In this document: positions 62,621-64,000 of the stretch, piece by piece
How the letters are laid out: each line of letters opens with the position of its first letter
Numbering within the stretch: the first letter of the stretch is position 1
Assembly: GCA_965198025.1 (NCBI GenBank)
Contig: OZ240237.1
Coordinates: forward strand, 1,237,054-1,301,053
From: Terriglobia bacterium
Lineage (GTDB): Bacteria > Acidobacteriota > Terriglobia > 2-12-FULL-54-10
Direction of reading: 5' to 3'
DNA: 64,000 nucleotides
The notes under the pieces: model-generated
The model's input: the letters and a program-made list of their open reading frames with translations, nothing else
The model's database searches: none
Told to the model about the DNA's origin: nothing
Made by a program: the position numbers and the translations under genes

Positions 62621-63406
62621 TTGAAGCGCTGGCTCATTTCCGATTTTGCTCTCTTGCTGTTGCTGCCTTCCTGGACCTTCTCTCAAACCCCGCCGCCGGA
62701 AGCTCGCCTGGCCGATGAAGAGATCATCCAGAAACTCTCCCACCGCGTCCGGTGGGATTGGTTTTGGAACGGCTATACGCACCCGGATTACGCCGAAGGC
62801 AAGATCATCCCAGTCGCCGTCCTCGAATCCGCCGACGAGGTTGCCGTGTTTTTCGCCGAGCTCGGCGAGTATCTGGCATTTGATCCGGAAGGACGAATCA
62901 CGGAAGGTCGGCGCTTTCCTGACACGACCAACCAAATCGCTATAGACGAGTACCTGAGAACGTTTGGCGATACATCGGGTCCGTCCGACGATGCCGGTCA
63001 TGATCCCCGCGCGATAGGGGAAACCAGAGCCAGCATGGGGGAACGTTCCCTGGAATGGGTGCTGCCCGAGCTCGAGCCGCCGGAGTACATTGCTCAGGCC
63101 CAGGCGCCGCCCGGCCTGCCGGAATTCGAAGCGGCGGTTCGTGTGCAGGCCCGCTACTGGTACGACGCATCCTGCGGCATGGGGCAGTTGTCGATTCCGT
63201 ACTTTTCGCCGGATGATCCGGTCGTCTTCGTGTACGGTGAGCTTGGGATGTGCGGCGTCGGGATTTTCGATTTCCATCTGCTGAGCAACGGCCAATGGGA
63301 ATTGGGCAGGCTATGGCAGCATGGTGGCTCCGGCAGCCCCAACGACTGGTCGCACACTATCCAGCGAATTCTGGAGAATCGCCTGGCTACGATTCCGGTT
63401 CCATGA
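62621..63406 (+). CDS. Secreted hypothetical protein
   Basis: TTG start 8 nt after AGGA. Signal-like KRWLISDFALLLLLPSWTFSQ. No recognisable family. Confidence 0.5.
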   Translation: MKRWLISDFALLLLLPSWTFSQTPPPEARLADEEIIQKLSHRVRWDWFWNGYTHPDYAEGKIIPVAVLESADEVAVFFAELGEYLAFDPEGRITEGRRFPDTTNQIAIDEYLRTFGDTSGPSDDAGHDPRAIGETRASMGERSLEWVLPELEPPEYIAQAQAPPGLPEFEAAVRVQARYWYDASCGMGQLSIPYFSPDDPVVFVYGELGMCGVGIFDFHLLSNGQWELGRLWQHGGSGSPNDWSHTIQRILENRLATIPVP

Positions 63407-63505
63407 GAGGGAGAGAATTTTTCCAGCGGATCGACGGAATTACTCTTAAACGAAGAGCACCATAATCGAAAAGACACTGCCACCAGTCACTTGGCTCTCC
63501 GCGCG

Positions 63506-64000
63506 TTAGCGACCCAACACAATCCCCCCGATGAAGGCCATCCGGTGCCATGTGCCGCCGGGCTCGAAAAAATCCTGCGAGATGGGCGTTACGTAATCGC
63601 GCACTTCGAATTTCAGGCGCACCAGCGGCGCAAAGCTTCTCTCGATCCCAGCGCCGATTGAGAATACTGGTGAGAGCACGTTGTCGGGGTCGCCTCGAGG
63701 GAAGGGAACTTCCACAATCTGTTTCAGGTTCACAGTGAAGCGCGTGAAGCCTCCTCCGGCCAATCCGTACAGCCGAAAGCCACCTACCTCGGGAAGCCGC
63801 AAGCGCGAGTCAAACGTCAGCGTGTGCGCGCCCAGGTCCGAGATGGCGGCTGAACTGAATGCGTCGCCGCGCCGCAGGACCAGCTCCGGACTCGAATAGC
63901 TGTAGTGCAGACCCGCCCCCAAGAACGGCAGGAAGCCGATCCCGGCATCGAAAGCCAGGAGTCCGCTGTTACCGAAATCCGAGCGAGCTGGCTCGCCGAC
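63506..64000 (-). CDS. Outer-membrane beta-barrel (OmpW/opacity-porin-like) protein, 5' end beyond window
   Basis: The frame is open to base 64000. Alternating hydrophobic beta-strand pattern ending ...WHRMAFIGGIVLGR. Confidence 0.55.
   Translation of the reverse strand, partial: VGEPARSDFGNSGLLAFDAGIGFLPFLGAGLHYSYSSPELVLRRGDAFSSAAISDLGAHTLTFDSRLRLPEVGGFRLYGLAGGGFTRFTVNLKQIVEVPFPRGDPDNVLSPVFSIGAGIERSFAPLVRLKFEVRDYVTPISQDFFEPGGTWHRMAFIGGIVLGR

Overview
High-GC bacterial chromosomal segment. It is most consistent with an Acidobacteriota genome, based on protein motifs only: a TIGR03436-style VWFA-related acidobacterial protein, a tonB-exbB-exbD-exbD-TPR operon, and many secreted beta-propeller and MBL paralogues. 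Roughly three quarters is ordinary housekeeping: dprA, topA, ggt, pheA, rpmB, a bifunctional rel/spoT, tonB/exbBD, secDF-yajC-tgt, glyA and rodZ. No rRNA, tRNA or CRISPR array was recognised. Five things stand out. (i) At 14.8-23 kb, two head-to-tail giant secreted proteins have unrelated eukaryote-like heads (cadherin + plant-type LRR + PKD versus NHL + FN3) but share a near-identical tandem pair of an uncharacterised ~220-aa domain. Each sits behind a duplicated AT-rich promoter module with a conserved dyad, next to a LysR regulator and an HTH-only LysR paralogue. (ii) At 23.7-25.7 kb, a decayed integrative element (excisionase and integrase relics, intact higBA) is bracketed by 79-bp direct repeats. 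(iii) At 38.1-40.3 kb, a double beta-propeller protein is split by one in-frame TGA that is followed by a strong hairpin. This could be selenocysteine, readthrough or a nonsense mutation. (iv) At 56.2-62.4 kb, an ABC-transporter-type glycan locus contains a Wzt-like ATPase, a methyltransferase fused to a coiled coil built from 84-bp tandem repeats (WbdD-like molecular-ruler analogy), and a GT2-GT4 fusion. (v) Several frame disruptions sit mostly inside repeats, so assembly error must be excluded before any biological reading. All functional calls come from reading the translated ORFs; no database search was run.
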